From Marsupella aquatica (taxonomy: Eukaryota > Plantae > Marchantiophyta), in contig OZ316898.1 of assembly GCA_973895155.1 (NCBI GenBank), positions 498,751 through 562,750 on the forward strand: 64,000 nucleotides of DNA. The letters run 5' to 3'. The translations under genes and the position numbers were made by a program. Within the stretch, counting starts at the first letter, position 1. Every line of letters begins with the position of its first letter. Under the pieces are notes generated by a model. That model searched no databases, was not told the origin of the DNA, and worked only from the letters and a program-made list of their open reading frames with translations. Shown here piece by piece: positions 26,670 through 39,000 of the stretch.

Positions 26670-29600
26670 ATGGACGGGAGGTCGTTCGCGCTGGCTGTGG
26701 TGGCCTCGATGATACTGGTCACCGCGGGTTTCTTGGCTGGAAGAAGCGTTTCCCCCATCGAGGTGGTGCAATCCTTGTCTTCAACGTGGTCCACTCCTCT
26801 CGACTTTCTGCCCGTCTCGACGAAATCGAGCTCACTGGAGGAGGTCGTGCCTTCTCGTCCAATAACGACGGAATGGCCTAGCGAGTACATCGAGATGGAT
26901 GGTCAGTTGCGTTCCGTACTCTCTTCTTCTCTTCCCTCTCTTCTTCAGCTGCGAGCAGTCCCTCGCTCCTTCGGTCAGACTTGCGCTCTGGTAGTCCTAT
27001 AGCAACTGATGAAGAAGCTCTCGGATTGGTGTGTAAGTGGTCTTCGGGAATATGTTGATGGGCTTCGAACTCTTTCTTTAGCTATTTCTATCTCGAGATG
27101 TTCTTTTTATGGAAGGGACTCAATGACCACAAGCCGTCTAAAATTTACGGGACGAAGTTGGGTTATTGTGAGATAGGGTGGAGTGCCTGCAGACAAAATC
27201 ATAGAGACTTCTACTGTACACAGCGTACTGTTCGAAATTGTGGAATGATCTCGTGAATGATGAAATTTCTTTGTGGCAGTGAAACAAAAGGTGCTGACGA
27301 AGCAGCCTCACGAGTATCTCGACCTGGCGTCCATCCCGGAGTACTTCGATTGGCGAGATGTGAATGGTAATGCACTAACTTGCTCATAGTTGAACAGCTC
27401 ATTCTTACTAATTGTTGTTGTGATACTTCGAGTTGAGTGTCCACGTAGCCCTTATATGGAATTCACAGCTGTAACTCTTCACCTCGGTCCGTTTCTTCTT
27501 TGCTGTGCAGGAACGAGCTACGTGACCAAAGATTTGAATCAGCACATTCCTGTCTATTGCGGTTGGTGTCACTATTGATCTTGTCTCGCCATGTTGTAGT
27601 CAACATTTGCTCGAATTTTGGTGGTTTAAATCAGTAATTTTTGTAGTTAAAAGTCATGCGATATCACTATTTGCAGCTGGAAATCCCGTCTGTGGGTGAG
27701 GTACAATTGCATCACCTTGGATATTAGAGTTGAACAAGAATATGCATGTGTTTATTTGTACAATCCGTGGCGTCCTTCTTCCTATTATCTCACGGTCAAA
27801 ATCAGAAGGAAGCAAATGACCTGTTGAGGTCATTCTTTCCCCAAGAAGGGTTTGCGTATGTGTTCATGGCTAGAATCCCGGGCGTCCTTTTTACTACAGT
27901 GTCGGTCAAAATTTCAGACGGAAGCAAATCGCCTGTTGAGGTTCTTTTCCCAAGAAGGCTATAATCTAAATTGATATACTCAGTTGTAGTCGTTCTTTTG
28001 CTCTGCAGGCTCTTGCTGGGCTCATGCAACCTTGAGCGCCTTGGCCGATAGGCATAAAATACTCCGGAATGCACAATGGCCTGATGTTGAATACTCTGTG
28101 CAAGTGTAAGGCTATCCACCCTTTTAGCTGTAATATGAGTGGCATCTATCTTTTCTGACTGAACATGTTCTCATACTGGCCGATTTAGGTCAGGAAATGG
28201 ATACTTATTTGGTCCTTCCCCCCGTGAAGACTGGAAATTGTCAGCTCTCAGGGTCTTGGTATCACATGTGGCTTTCCTGCATCTGAAAATCTTTGCACAT
28301 TGTAGCGCTGGTTATCATAGGAGTCTAAATTTTCTAATTGCGTCAGCCATTTCAGTTTCTTTGCATCTACAGCCATATCGGAAGTGAAGCATTTTCGTCA
28401 CTGAAAACATTGGTGGTTTTGCAGAGTGTTGAATTGTGGGCAGGAGGTTGCTGGAACCTGTGATGGTGGGAATCCTCTTGCCGTGTATCAATTCGCACAC
28501 AACTTCGGCTTACCTGAGGACACATGCCAGGTCTAGTTCTTATGGGATGTCCATTTCCATTGTCCCTTGGCTGGTCGTGACAAGTTTGTAGATAATTCGT
28601 TGTGCCAAAGTTTGAGTATCGGTCCTGATCTGGTAAATGATTGCGCATTACCGTACTGATAATTCGGTTCGCACATCAAAGACTTTTGCCAAGTAATGCG
28701 TGTGGAAATGCAAGGTTTTCTGGCAGAACGTGACTCTTTGGGCCCAAAGTTTTTATTAGGAGTGGAAGTCAGGATCCAAGTTTAGTGGGAGGGCATATAC
28801 GTATAGTGTCTTGTCCTTGGATACAATAGTAGAGTACAAGACTGTCTACCTTAACTTTTGAGATACCGTAATGTCTCCGATCGAAGAGATTCTCTTGTGA
28901 TCTATGGCAGCTTCTCCTGGACAATATGCAGTGTCGTATTTCTGTATGCTGAAGCTGGTATTTGAGACCTGCAAGTGTACCCCCGCAAGTAGTCCTCTTA
29001 AGTAAATCATTCATTGAGCGAAAACCTCCCAGTAGCTCCTCCGAGCTTAACAGATGTGATTCAGAGAAAATCAGTTAGTAGAACTGTATCTAGGTCAGAA
29101 ATCCCAGTATCTGGATGAGAATTTCCTGGATAGTCCATCGATCTGGAGACTTCAACGGAGAGAGGTCCATTCTCCGACAATGATCTAAAAATTCTTCCAC
29201 ATGATTCGTTCCTCCCTTCCGAACTCAATTATATCGGCTACTCCAGCGAAGTCGTTAAATATCTGTTCCCGTCCATCGAATGGTGACAGTACGATGAGAC
29301 ATTGTATGCTTCCCCGCAATGCTTCTAAGTTGTTTATTGATGAAGTTGTATTTGCTGTTATTGTGGGTACTCGGCGAGCAGCTTTACAAGGCTGTTGATG
29401 AGGAATGTACACCAATTAACATTTGTCGCGATTGTTCACCACCTGCTGGAAACATCTTATCCTGCCAAGCTGTCTCTGGTTACACTCAGCATTCAGTTTC
29501 CGAGTACGGGATAGTCTCTGGAGAACTGAACATTGTAAGATCTCTCGCCATCTTTTAGTGAGGATTCTTTACCCGTCATGGTGCTGGATAATATCTACTG

Positions 29601-30848
29601 TATATATCGGCCTCGACTCAATAACCACATTTGTGTCTGTACTGAAGACTCCCTAACGGACGTTGGTTTACAGATGGCGGAAGTTTACGAAAGAGGCCCG
29701 GTTGCTTGCCTAATTGATGCCACTGTTCTGCACGACTACTACGGAGGATACATTATCAAAGATACGTGAGTACTTTCGGTTTTCCCTTTCTGGACCTCAG
29801 CCACAAACAGCTTCCTTTTTAAAGTTATATCGCTAGATTGAATGAACTATGGCTTGTGGACACTTTCATTCTGGGTACAATGAGTTGTGATTGATAAACT
29901 GGTCCCGTGATACAGAGATTGATTTAGTATCTCCTTTCCGCAGTGCAGATGTTTCTGTTCAACATGTTTGAATAACAGTCAGCATGGGAAGTGCATGAAT
30001 ACTTTGCATGCCGTGAATTGAACTCAACCTCGTAGGCCAAGCAGTGAGAGGGGTGGGATTGTTTCTGTCTGGACGTTGTATAGCGTTTCTGGGTAGCAGT
30101 ACTTGTCGAGTCCAGGCTGTGTATACGGTAATCGTTCTAGATCATTTATCAATACCCTACGGTCACTTCAAGTCTTTCTGGAGGCAGCCCCACTGAAGTC
30201 GGCAGGAAGATATCACTGTGTTAATAATGGTCTTTTAGTCATACTAACAGCATTGAGGAAACCGTGTGCAGTGTGCCAGCTGCTCACAACCATGTGGTGA
30301 GTATTTCCGGGTGGGGTGTGGACAATGGCGTTAAGTACTGGGTGGTGCGAAACTCTTGGGTAAGATTTCCCCTTCCACAATTTGTTTTGTTTATTTGCAG
30401 TTTCTCCTAGATGTGGTTTCTGTTCCTCAAGATATGTTTTGGAACTTGTTATCTAAGGAATGTACTCCAAATCGTGAATACCAACAAAACAGTGATAAAG
30501 TAATGGTTGGTGTATCCCTCCCTAAATGTTTTGGAACATATCATCTAGGGAATGGCAGCAAATCGCGAATACCAACTAAACAGTGATAAAGTAAGCAGCT
30601 TGAGAAGACTGCTCACCGAAGTAGAATTGTTGCAGGTTTAGAGGTGGTACTCTGGATAAACTTTTGGTTATTTCTTTTCAAAAACTAATTCTGTCATGCT
30701 GACAAATGCACAGGGTACTTACTGGGGTGAGAAAGGCTGGTTCCGCATCATTAGAGGGGTCAATGCACTGGCCATCGAAAGTAGTTGCTCCTGGGCTGTT
30801 CCCAAAGATGGCGGCTATTGCTTTTCAGCCCATGGTCTTAAGTGTTAA
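26670..30848 (+). CDS. CTSZ: Cathepsin X/Z-like papain-family cysteine protease (9 exons, 346 aa)
   Basis: Exons 26670-26901, 27280-27366, 27511-27561, 28009-28105, 28425-28530, 29382-29534, 29674-29765, 30272-30359 and 30714-30848 total 1041 nt in frame. Contains [37 protein letters not shown] and [16 protein letters not shown], with an N-terminal hydrophobic segment. Confidence 0.92.
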
Positions 30849-33242
30849 AAGATCACGAGCGGCTATCATCTACGAGTACACGCCATATCCTCCACATATT
30901 TTAGAAACGGCACACATGAGGTCAACAACCGAGGCTCTTCTCTAATGTATAGCACTGTCCCCGTGTACTGTTTTTTATTCGTTTTCCCCACTAGCTTGTA
31001 ATCCAACCGCCTCTTTTTAGTCTACACCTGCACAAGTGCAGATCGACGAGGAACTCAGCAGGCAGCACCATTATCTGACCTGGCATCCTAGGTGGAGTAT
31101 GTTTTTATCCTAGCCACTTTGGGAATGCTCGAAGTAGGGTCTGGCGTTTCAGATCCTTTTCAACCAGTGTGTATCACATGACAGGCATTCAACCCTCGTG
31201 AATGCTCGATATGTTTGGGCATATAAACACGCAATGTTATCATTTATTAATTGTAAATTAAATTATATCTGTTGTAAAGTACCTTTGAGTGGTGAAAATA
31301 AGTTGCACAGTCAAGTCCAACTCTACCTTCTGATTCTGCAGAGAATTTTAATACTACTCCAGAATTTTAATAAACTCCTTAAACCCTTGATCTTGAGCCC
31401 AAATTCAAATATAGAAATGAGAATCTACTGATACCCACAGTTGAGAACACTTTTTCCTTGATCTGTTTGATATCTTTTGACGCTGCTATATGGCACCTCC
31501 AATCTCCTAGGTTCAATTTTTGTTACTTTTTAAATTCTAAGTTGGGCCTACGAGGCCTGCCTTCCTTGTCTGTCTTTCAATTTCAAAATTAATTGATCCC
31601 CCCCCCCACCTTTTCGAATATTAAGCCTGGATGGACAGGGGTTCATTTTGCCCATCCCATGGACTCAGTAACATGTGGTCTCAATTTACACCCGGCTGCT
31701 TTTGGAAGCACTCTTCATTCTTGAGAAGGACACGGCTTTTGGAAGGACTCTTCATTCTTGAGATGGATGCCTGGAGTAGTTTTTTCAAGCATCCCAATCA
31801 ACTGTAACATGTTGGGTTTTAGCAGACTTTTGCACTTATTTGGACAATTTTGGATCTCTTTTATAGGTCTAAATTTTCCAACAGGGTCTCTGTATTATGG
31901 TTGCTCCAACTTTAAACCATCTCCCCAAAATGGTAACAAGAAGCTTTTAATACTATCGTATCTAGATAATGAGAAAAATAAATTCTTTAAGGTACTTAAA
32001 AGTGTGAAGATTACTCCCAAAAAATTGAAATAGTTTGTCTTGTAGTGTTTCCCGCTTGAAATACTTGTCTCAAGCCTTTTGTTTCTGGTAGTCACTGTGA
32101 ATCATGTTTGGGTAACATTTATAGTTATCCATGGCAAATAGTTGTTTCCAATGACTCCCAACAAACCCTTTGCTTTTATTGTGAAGGCTTTTAAAGATCC
32201 AAACATAATTGTGACGGTTTGACAGAAGACTTTAAACTAAGAATGATCAATTTTTGTGACCTAATTACATTGCACATGTGATGCAAATTTGTCTCCACCA
32301 ATTTCAACATCGTAAGGGCTCAACAGCAAAGTACTGCAGGTGGTTGTCCCACAACAAAGACACTACTTAAACAAAGGTAGACTAGCTTGCAGTGGTGTCC
32401 AACTGGGCATGCTGTGGCTTATGTGACCCACAATCCCAGCAAACCCACTTAGAGACATATCAGCTAAGGATCCAAGTCTATCAGTGGAGTAGGCCCAAAG
32501 TATCCAAGAACTTCATCACTATTCTACCGCAGAGATGAATGCTCTTCCGGCAGCCTTCGCTGGATTATTTGGTATTATGTAGATGAAGGATATGCGAGTT
32601 ACCATGAACGTGGTTAAATTCCACACAGCAAGGCCCATCCCGTGAATTTCTCTTGTCCGGTACCTACATAGAAACACGTGGGATGATGTGCGGAAGCATT
32701 TGAGAGTTATCTTGATAAAATACCATATTACAAAGCCCGTTCTAAGGGATGACCTTATTGAATAATGTACATTAAGCGTCCTGAACGTGATATATCAAAA
32801 GAACTGCAAGGAACAATCCCTGGGTCAAGCCCAGAGACGAGATTGCTCTTCCTTTCTAGAAGGAACATGATGAAGGCAGCCACCCTATTTGCAAACAATC
32901 TCAAGGAGCTCCTGTCCTGGTAGCTCCTATCCTGCTTATGGCTTCCGTGTAGAGAATATTCCAGTAGGCCGTTCCTCCATCCAATATCTCCTAGATGTAG
33001 TCACGCAACAATTACCATATAAAACCATCTTTCGATATCCAAAGAGCAAAGCCACCAGTGTTGTCGGCAGAAAATCGAACAGTAAACTCCTCAATGGCTG
33101 CATGCCCCAATAAAAAACAATTCAGAGCAATTGTGCAACCAGTGTAGTATAGTAGTGGACCCCTCGGCGAGCAAATGATCCCAAAAGAAAAACTCCAAGA
33201 GAAGAATCCTTCCCCGACAGATAATGGACTAACCTTAAGCTC

Positions 33243-35011
33243 TTAGTCAATGGGCACCTCTACCTCCATTTTCAAGCCAGCTTTACTTAGGACCTACCAA
33301 AGGAACAATACCACTGTGTCAGTGACCCAAACCACATAACTCCAACCCCTACAACAAGCTTGATTGACCAAAAATTGGAGCCAAAGGAACTTAACAGAAT
33401 TTCCTGAAAAGTTGATGAGCTGGCATTTCGCCTTAAAAAAGGTGACTTTACAATACCTCTCTAAACTCGTCTGGGGCCAAAGAGCTATCTTTTGAAAAGC
33501 CTGATTCTTCCAGTGCTTGAGTTACCACAGCCTGCACAGGACGGAGAGCAGCGACCATAAAGACAGAGTATTGTTTCAATCTAACCAACTTCGCCCTGCT
33601 CAAAAACTATTCAAGGGATACTGGGACGTGTGCATTCTTTTCCTAAAAAGTATGACCACAAGGCACTGTAAGGTATGGTGCGGTACCTGGCGCTGCTCAT
33701 CAGTGAGAAATGAACCCGAAAGATCTCGTAAGACTTGCATGATATCGTCGCGTGAAATTTTTCCGTTGCTTCGAATGTCATAGACTTTAAAAACGACTGC
33801 AGTGGAAGAAATATGAGATTTATGTCATTCAAAAAACTAGCAACTTGTGGCTTCGTTGCTTACGCATGTAATCTAGCTTACTAGAAGTACAAGTTTATCT
33901 ACCCATTCCAGAACAACGCATTTCTGAATCATCCTCCATCACAGTCCAGATCTCAAAGTCGGTGTGGGTCATTGTTAAGACGTGGAGATTTAGAGGTAAG
34001 ATATTTACAATCTAATTTGTGCTGGATCGGTGCTCTTGGGCTGAAAGCTGACAGGACTGCAACAAACTCCTTGAAGTTCAAGCCTTCCAGTAGTCCCAAC
34101 AACCTCTGTATCAGAAAGACAGAGGAACCAAAATAAGTTGACAAGCTGTCTATGATAGCTCCTCTAATACTGTAAGTTATAATTCATTATTTCAAAACGG
34201 ATGGGCATGACGACCTTCGGTGAGAGGGCATCCGAAGGCACTTTCAATCCCAATATCATGTGCTTCTCCTACTATCCAGCTCTCTAAAGATCTAATTTGA
34301 AAGAAAGCAAAGTCTGAACCGACCTGTGAGAGCGGGTTGAGAGCGAATTCTGGGACAGACATAAACTCGTCTCCAGAAATGTAGCCTTTTCCATTGCGAT
34401 CTAAAGCGCAGAATCTTTGATACAGAGACACTATTTCTCTTTGAGAAACTGCAAACCAGGATCCACATGAGCGATTTCTCGTCCAAAATTACAATTTCTG
34501 TTTCACTAATTTAGCCGTGTACTCACAATCGGACAACAACTCCAGATATGAGCGTCAGTCGATAGGCCATTTGAATCGTACAAATTCCATAACCTGATAG
34601 GAGACAAAAGCACATCCTAGCGGTCTCACGGAAAACTTGAAGTTTCTTTATGAACCTGCCTTTGAAAGTATCAATGTAGGGGCCAATGCGTACATCTCCT
34701 CCAGGAAATCACTGTCTAGTATAGTGGCCAAGGCGTGCATCTCCTCGAAGCAATCACTGTCTAATGGACCCTAACAAAATTTAAGCAAAAGAACAATGCC
34801 ACTTTACAAAAACCCAAGCTCCTCTGATTTTAGCATGTCGAACTTGAGATCCTCACAGTTGCGCCTTTGTCAGTGAAAGGTTCTGGAAGCCAATGACAAA
34901 CGCACTCATCTCGGTAAGAAAGAGGGACAGAGAGACCTCACATAGATGAGAACAGTGATTTTGCACCTCCTCGATGTCGTACTGGGTTAGCATGGATGTG
35001 TTGTTCCCCAT
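33243..35011 (-). CDS. Calcineurin B/CHP-like EF-hand calcium-binding protein (6 exons, 175 aa)
   Basis: Exons 35011-34942, 34448-34324, 34105-34009, 33796-33687, 33531-33457 and 33293-33243 total 528 nt. Protein reads MGNNTSMLTQYDIEEVQ..LYQRFCALDRNGKGYISGDEF..FKVYD..MEVEVPID*, with an MGxxxS myristoylation motif. Confidence 0.93.
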
Positions 35012-36016
35012 CCTTCCCGGCTTTCAATTTCCGCAAGTGCTTCAAATTCCCGAGCTATCCAACTTGAGTAGACACGGACACCGAGAAACCCACCTGAAAT
35101 GCAAAAATGGGGCAACCGCACCGGACAGTCCTCGAACCTCTCAGAGAGCACTCGCTATGGCCTTCGATCGAGATCGACACCTGAATTGCGGCCGTCCGCC
35201 GTGCAGCAACGAATCCGAGAGCAGCACCAACAATCGTAGCTGATCCGCGGCCATCTCCAACGAAACGATAGCAGAGTCGCAACCCCTGCCCTGCCCTGCC
35301 CTGCCCTGCTTTGCTCTTCTTGGCCGAATGCAAAGTCTCGTCGCTCGGCTTGCTAGTGTACACTGAACATCAGTCCCAGCAAGTATATTCCGCGTCTTCT
35401 TCTCGTGCACGTAGGTTTTCTTCGTTACTTAATTGTTATATATATATCAAATTGCCAAAACTACAGGAACGCCATACGCTACACGGTCCCAAAGGCAAAA
35501 GAACCCAATAAAGGGGGGAAGGGACCCCAAGAAAACCAAAGAGGCCCCACAAGTTAAGGAGTATCCCACAAAATCCAAAAGACCAAACGACAACCTAAAG
35601 AACCCTACTGGGCGGTAAACTAAAAAAGCGAGCTCTAGAGTAAACTGCCTTGAAGGGTCACAGAGGGGAATTTGTCTAGAGGCCCTAAAATGGATTGCCT
35701 TGGCCCTGCGTAGGATAGTGAAAGTCTGGGCCCCCTGAAGGGTCACTGACACCCTCTGTCGAAAGAAGGCCACGAGGACAGAAACAAAGGGAAAAGGCCT
35801 CTGCTCGATACAAAACACAACACAAGCCTGAAGGAAGTGGTCAAAATGAGGGTGGAGAGCGCCAAAGACCTCAAGGGTAAAAGGGTAGAAAAGATCCCCC
35901 GGGTAACGAACCGCATAAGCCTCCTCCTTGAGCCGAGCCGCCTTGGCGGCAGCATGTCCAGGAACATAGGCTGCCTCAACAACATTACTCCCCCCTAGTA
36001 GGATCTACAACCACCA

Positions 36017-39000
36017 TGTGATGCCGTGCCAGGATCACGAAGTACTTAGTTAAGCCTAAAATAATGGCTAAATAAAGATTAGGTAGATATAATTAGGGAG
36101 TTATAAGGATCGAAGCCGATTGCAATATGTTCGGGGGAAATTGTGATGGGATCTGATCCAATGGTCGCGATTAAGTGGGATTAGGGTTATGACCTAATCA
36201 GGGCTTGATCAGGTAAGCCATCAGGAGGCGGCTTCGTAGGGAGGGGACCGACACTCTGTACACTAGTGCAATTGCTTGATCGATCAACCTAGGGAGGTGG
36301 AATCAGCTGCCGATCGATCGGAGGAGGTGGTTTGGGAAATTGCGCAAGTTCTTGGCATTCGGTGGAATGAACACGGTGAATCAGGCGGGGAAGTTTTGGG
36401 GTTGTTTGCTTGAAGAAACAAGGCAGCTGATACCTACGTATGAAGACGTTGAGCCGGAGCGCGCAGCCAGAGAATGAGCAAAGCTTGCGCGATTGTGGGG
36501 AATTCACCAATCGGCATTCGTAGATACAGAGGAGGTGTTGGAAAAGTTCTCGTGGACACCCACCAGTGCGGAGCTTGACGAATTGCTAATTCGGGAGAAT
36601 AAGGTCATGGGGATCAGGGAGGCAATCAAGAACGTCGGGCAACCACTTTGGGAATTGAAGGGTCACACTGCAAAGTGGACGAAGGTAGCTATTCTTGGGG
36701 AGTATTAAGGCGCTGAAGAGATGAAGCGCAAGGGAGTTTCGGCATCTGCAACTCCAGCAAAGTGAACTAGGTCGGAGAGACCAATCAAGATGGAATCCGG
36801 GCCAATTAGAGATCGGGCTGTAGAAGATAAAAACATGACAGGGTGGGCGAACAGGTTACCTGCCGATTTACAATTATAGTTTGCAAGAGATGAGGATGAG
36901 GTCTTCAGTGCCGTTCAGGATAACAAATATGCAGGATATATGAATGACATTGGGTTGGAGGGCTTTGTCAGGTTGTCCTGGAGAATGGTAGACATACCGG
37001 ATGAGGATCTGTTGGACTTCGTGGGATGCTGGGAGGCTTCTTCCAACACAACGATGCTGTATGAAAAGGTGTTTGAATTAACACCTGCGCTTATCGAAGC
37101 CGTGTTCGCTTTACCAACAGGAAGGAAGACAAAGGTGGAGCAGAGGAAGACGTTGCCGGACGACCAGTTCAGGTCATTTCCAGGGCCTTCCACTAAGAAT
37201 GGGTTTTTCAGGAATCAATGTACCAACCCACATATAGGGCAGCTGATTGATTTCCTGAGAGTCACATTGCATTGTACCTTGCCGAGAGCAGAAATCGGCA
37301 AAGCCCAGGTATTTTTGGTAGAGAATATTGATGCAAGCCGAGACTACAATGGCTATCTCTTAATGCAGTTGAAGAAGGCATTAAACGAAGAGAAGCAGAG
37401 CATTGGGGAGGGAGCGGTATCCAGACTAGGGTACCATCTGCAATTACTTTGCCGATATGCAAGAAGCCAGTCTTTTGCACCAGTGTTGCCTATACAGGAG
37501 CGGATGCGGATCACTGCACCACTTGAGGAGGTGGAGGAGGACGAGGAGCCTCTAAACATACGATGCCACGGGAGGAGGTCGGCAACACAGGCAACACGAG
37601 AACGGGAGCATTCCCCTATCAAGGAGCCAGAGGTAGTAACACATGATGTAGTGAGAAATCCGTTACGCCGGCCTACTCGTAATAATCCATATGCAGGCAT
37701 CCAGTTGGTCGAGAGGAAGATGACTGCCGAAGAGAGAAAGAAATATGATGAGCGAATGGATTCGGAGACAGATGAGGAGGTAAGCCGAGGCCAGGAGAGG
37801 CCGGTAGTAAAAGCTTCTAACAGAGCCCAAGTGAACGGACCCGTGGAGGAAGGTCAACCAGCAGCAGCCCAACAATTTTCAGAGGAAGAGATCGGGGAGG
37901 CCGGCATGTTAGGTAGTCGGGTTAATGTGGATGATTACGACGACGACTATGTCGATCACGGGGAGAGGCCGGTACCAGGAGTTAGAACGATGGGAAGGTT
38001 TTGTAGAAGACTTCCCGCGGTCTTCTATGGCAAACCGGAGGACCAGAAAATGCCAGAATCTCCTCCACCAGATGTGACGCCATTGGAATTCAACAAGATG
38101 AAGGAAGCTGAAGCCGGGCTACATGAGAAGATTAAGGAGTTGGGGGCCCGGAATGCAGAACACGAATGCCAGCTACCAGGAGGAGAGCTCGGAGGAGAGT
38201 GGCCGGAAGGAATAAGACGGCTTAGTGAGAGGCAAGCCGAACCTCTCACTGACTTCGACCAATTACGGGCAGAAGCTTGGGAGAGACGACCTCGATGGCA
38301 GATGCCAGTATCACCTGGGAGGTCAAACTATGCAAGAAATCGGGCTAAGGAGTATGGAGACATGTGTGGACTCTTAGCCTTAGAAATATTCGGCAACGAG
38401 TTGGAATCCAGGCTATTTCTTAGAAAAGAAATGGCTGATCAGACAAGACTGGAGGAGGCAATGACATTGGAGCATTTGAAGAAGAAGGAAGTAATCGCTC
38501 GACTTCACTCCATGGAGGCCGTAGTTGCTAAGACGAAGTCTGTCAACCAACTCAGCAGGATCTCTTGGCTAGGCAGTAGGAATTGGAAGTGGCAAACAAC
38601 CAATTGGAAAACTACCAATTGGATAACCAGCAGATCAAGGAAAAGTTGACGAAGATAGAGCTGGAGTTAGCCAATTCAAAAGTAGAAGTACAGGGTTTAA
38701 ATCGCCAAGTTGAGAGGCTCAAAAAGACGACTAAGGAGCAGGCCACCCAGAGCGAAAAGGCCTTGGCAGAAGCCCAAAGGAAGTATGATAAGTTACTTGA
38801 CCGGTTGGAGGCCATGCGTGAGAAGCATGATGACGCCATGTGCACGACGGCCAATGATCACCTAAACCGGGTTCAACAGATACGCAAGGAGCTTCAGGAG
38901 GAGCTAACCAGGACAAAGCAGGCATGGACGAACGAGGTCACAAAACTGGAAGGTATCAACGACTCCTTGAAAGCAACCGTAGATAAGCAAGAGTTGGAGA

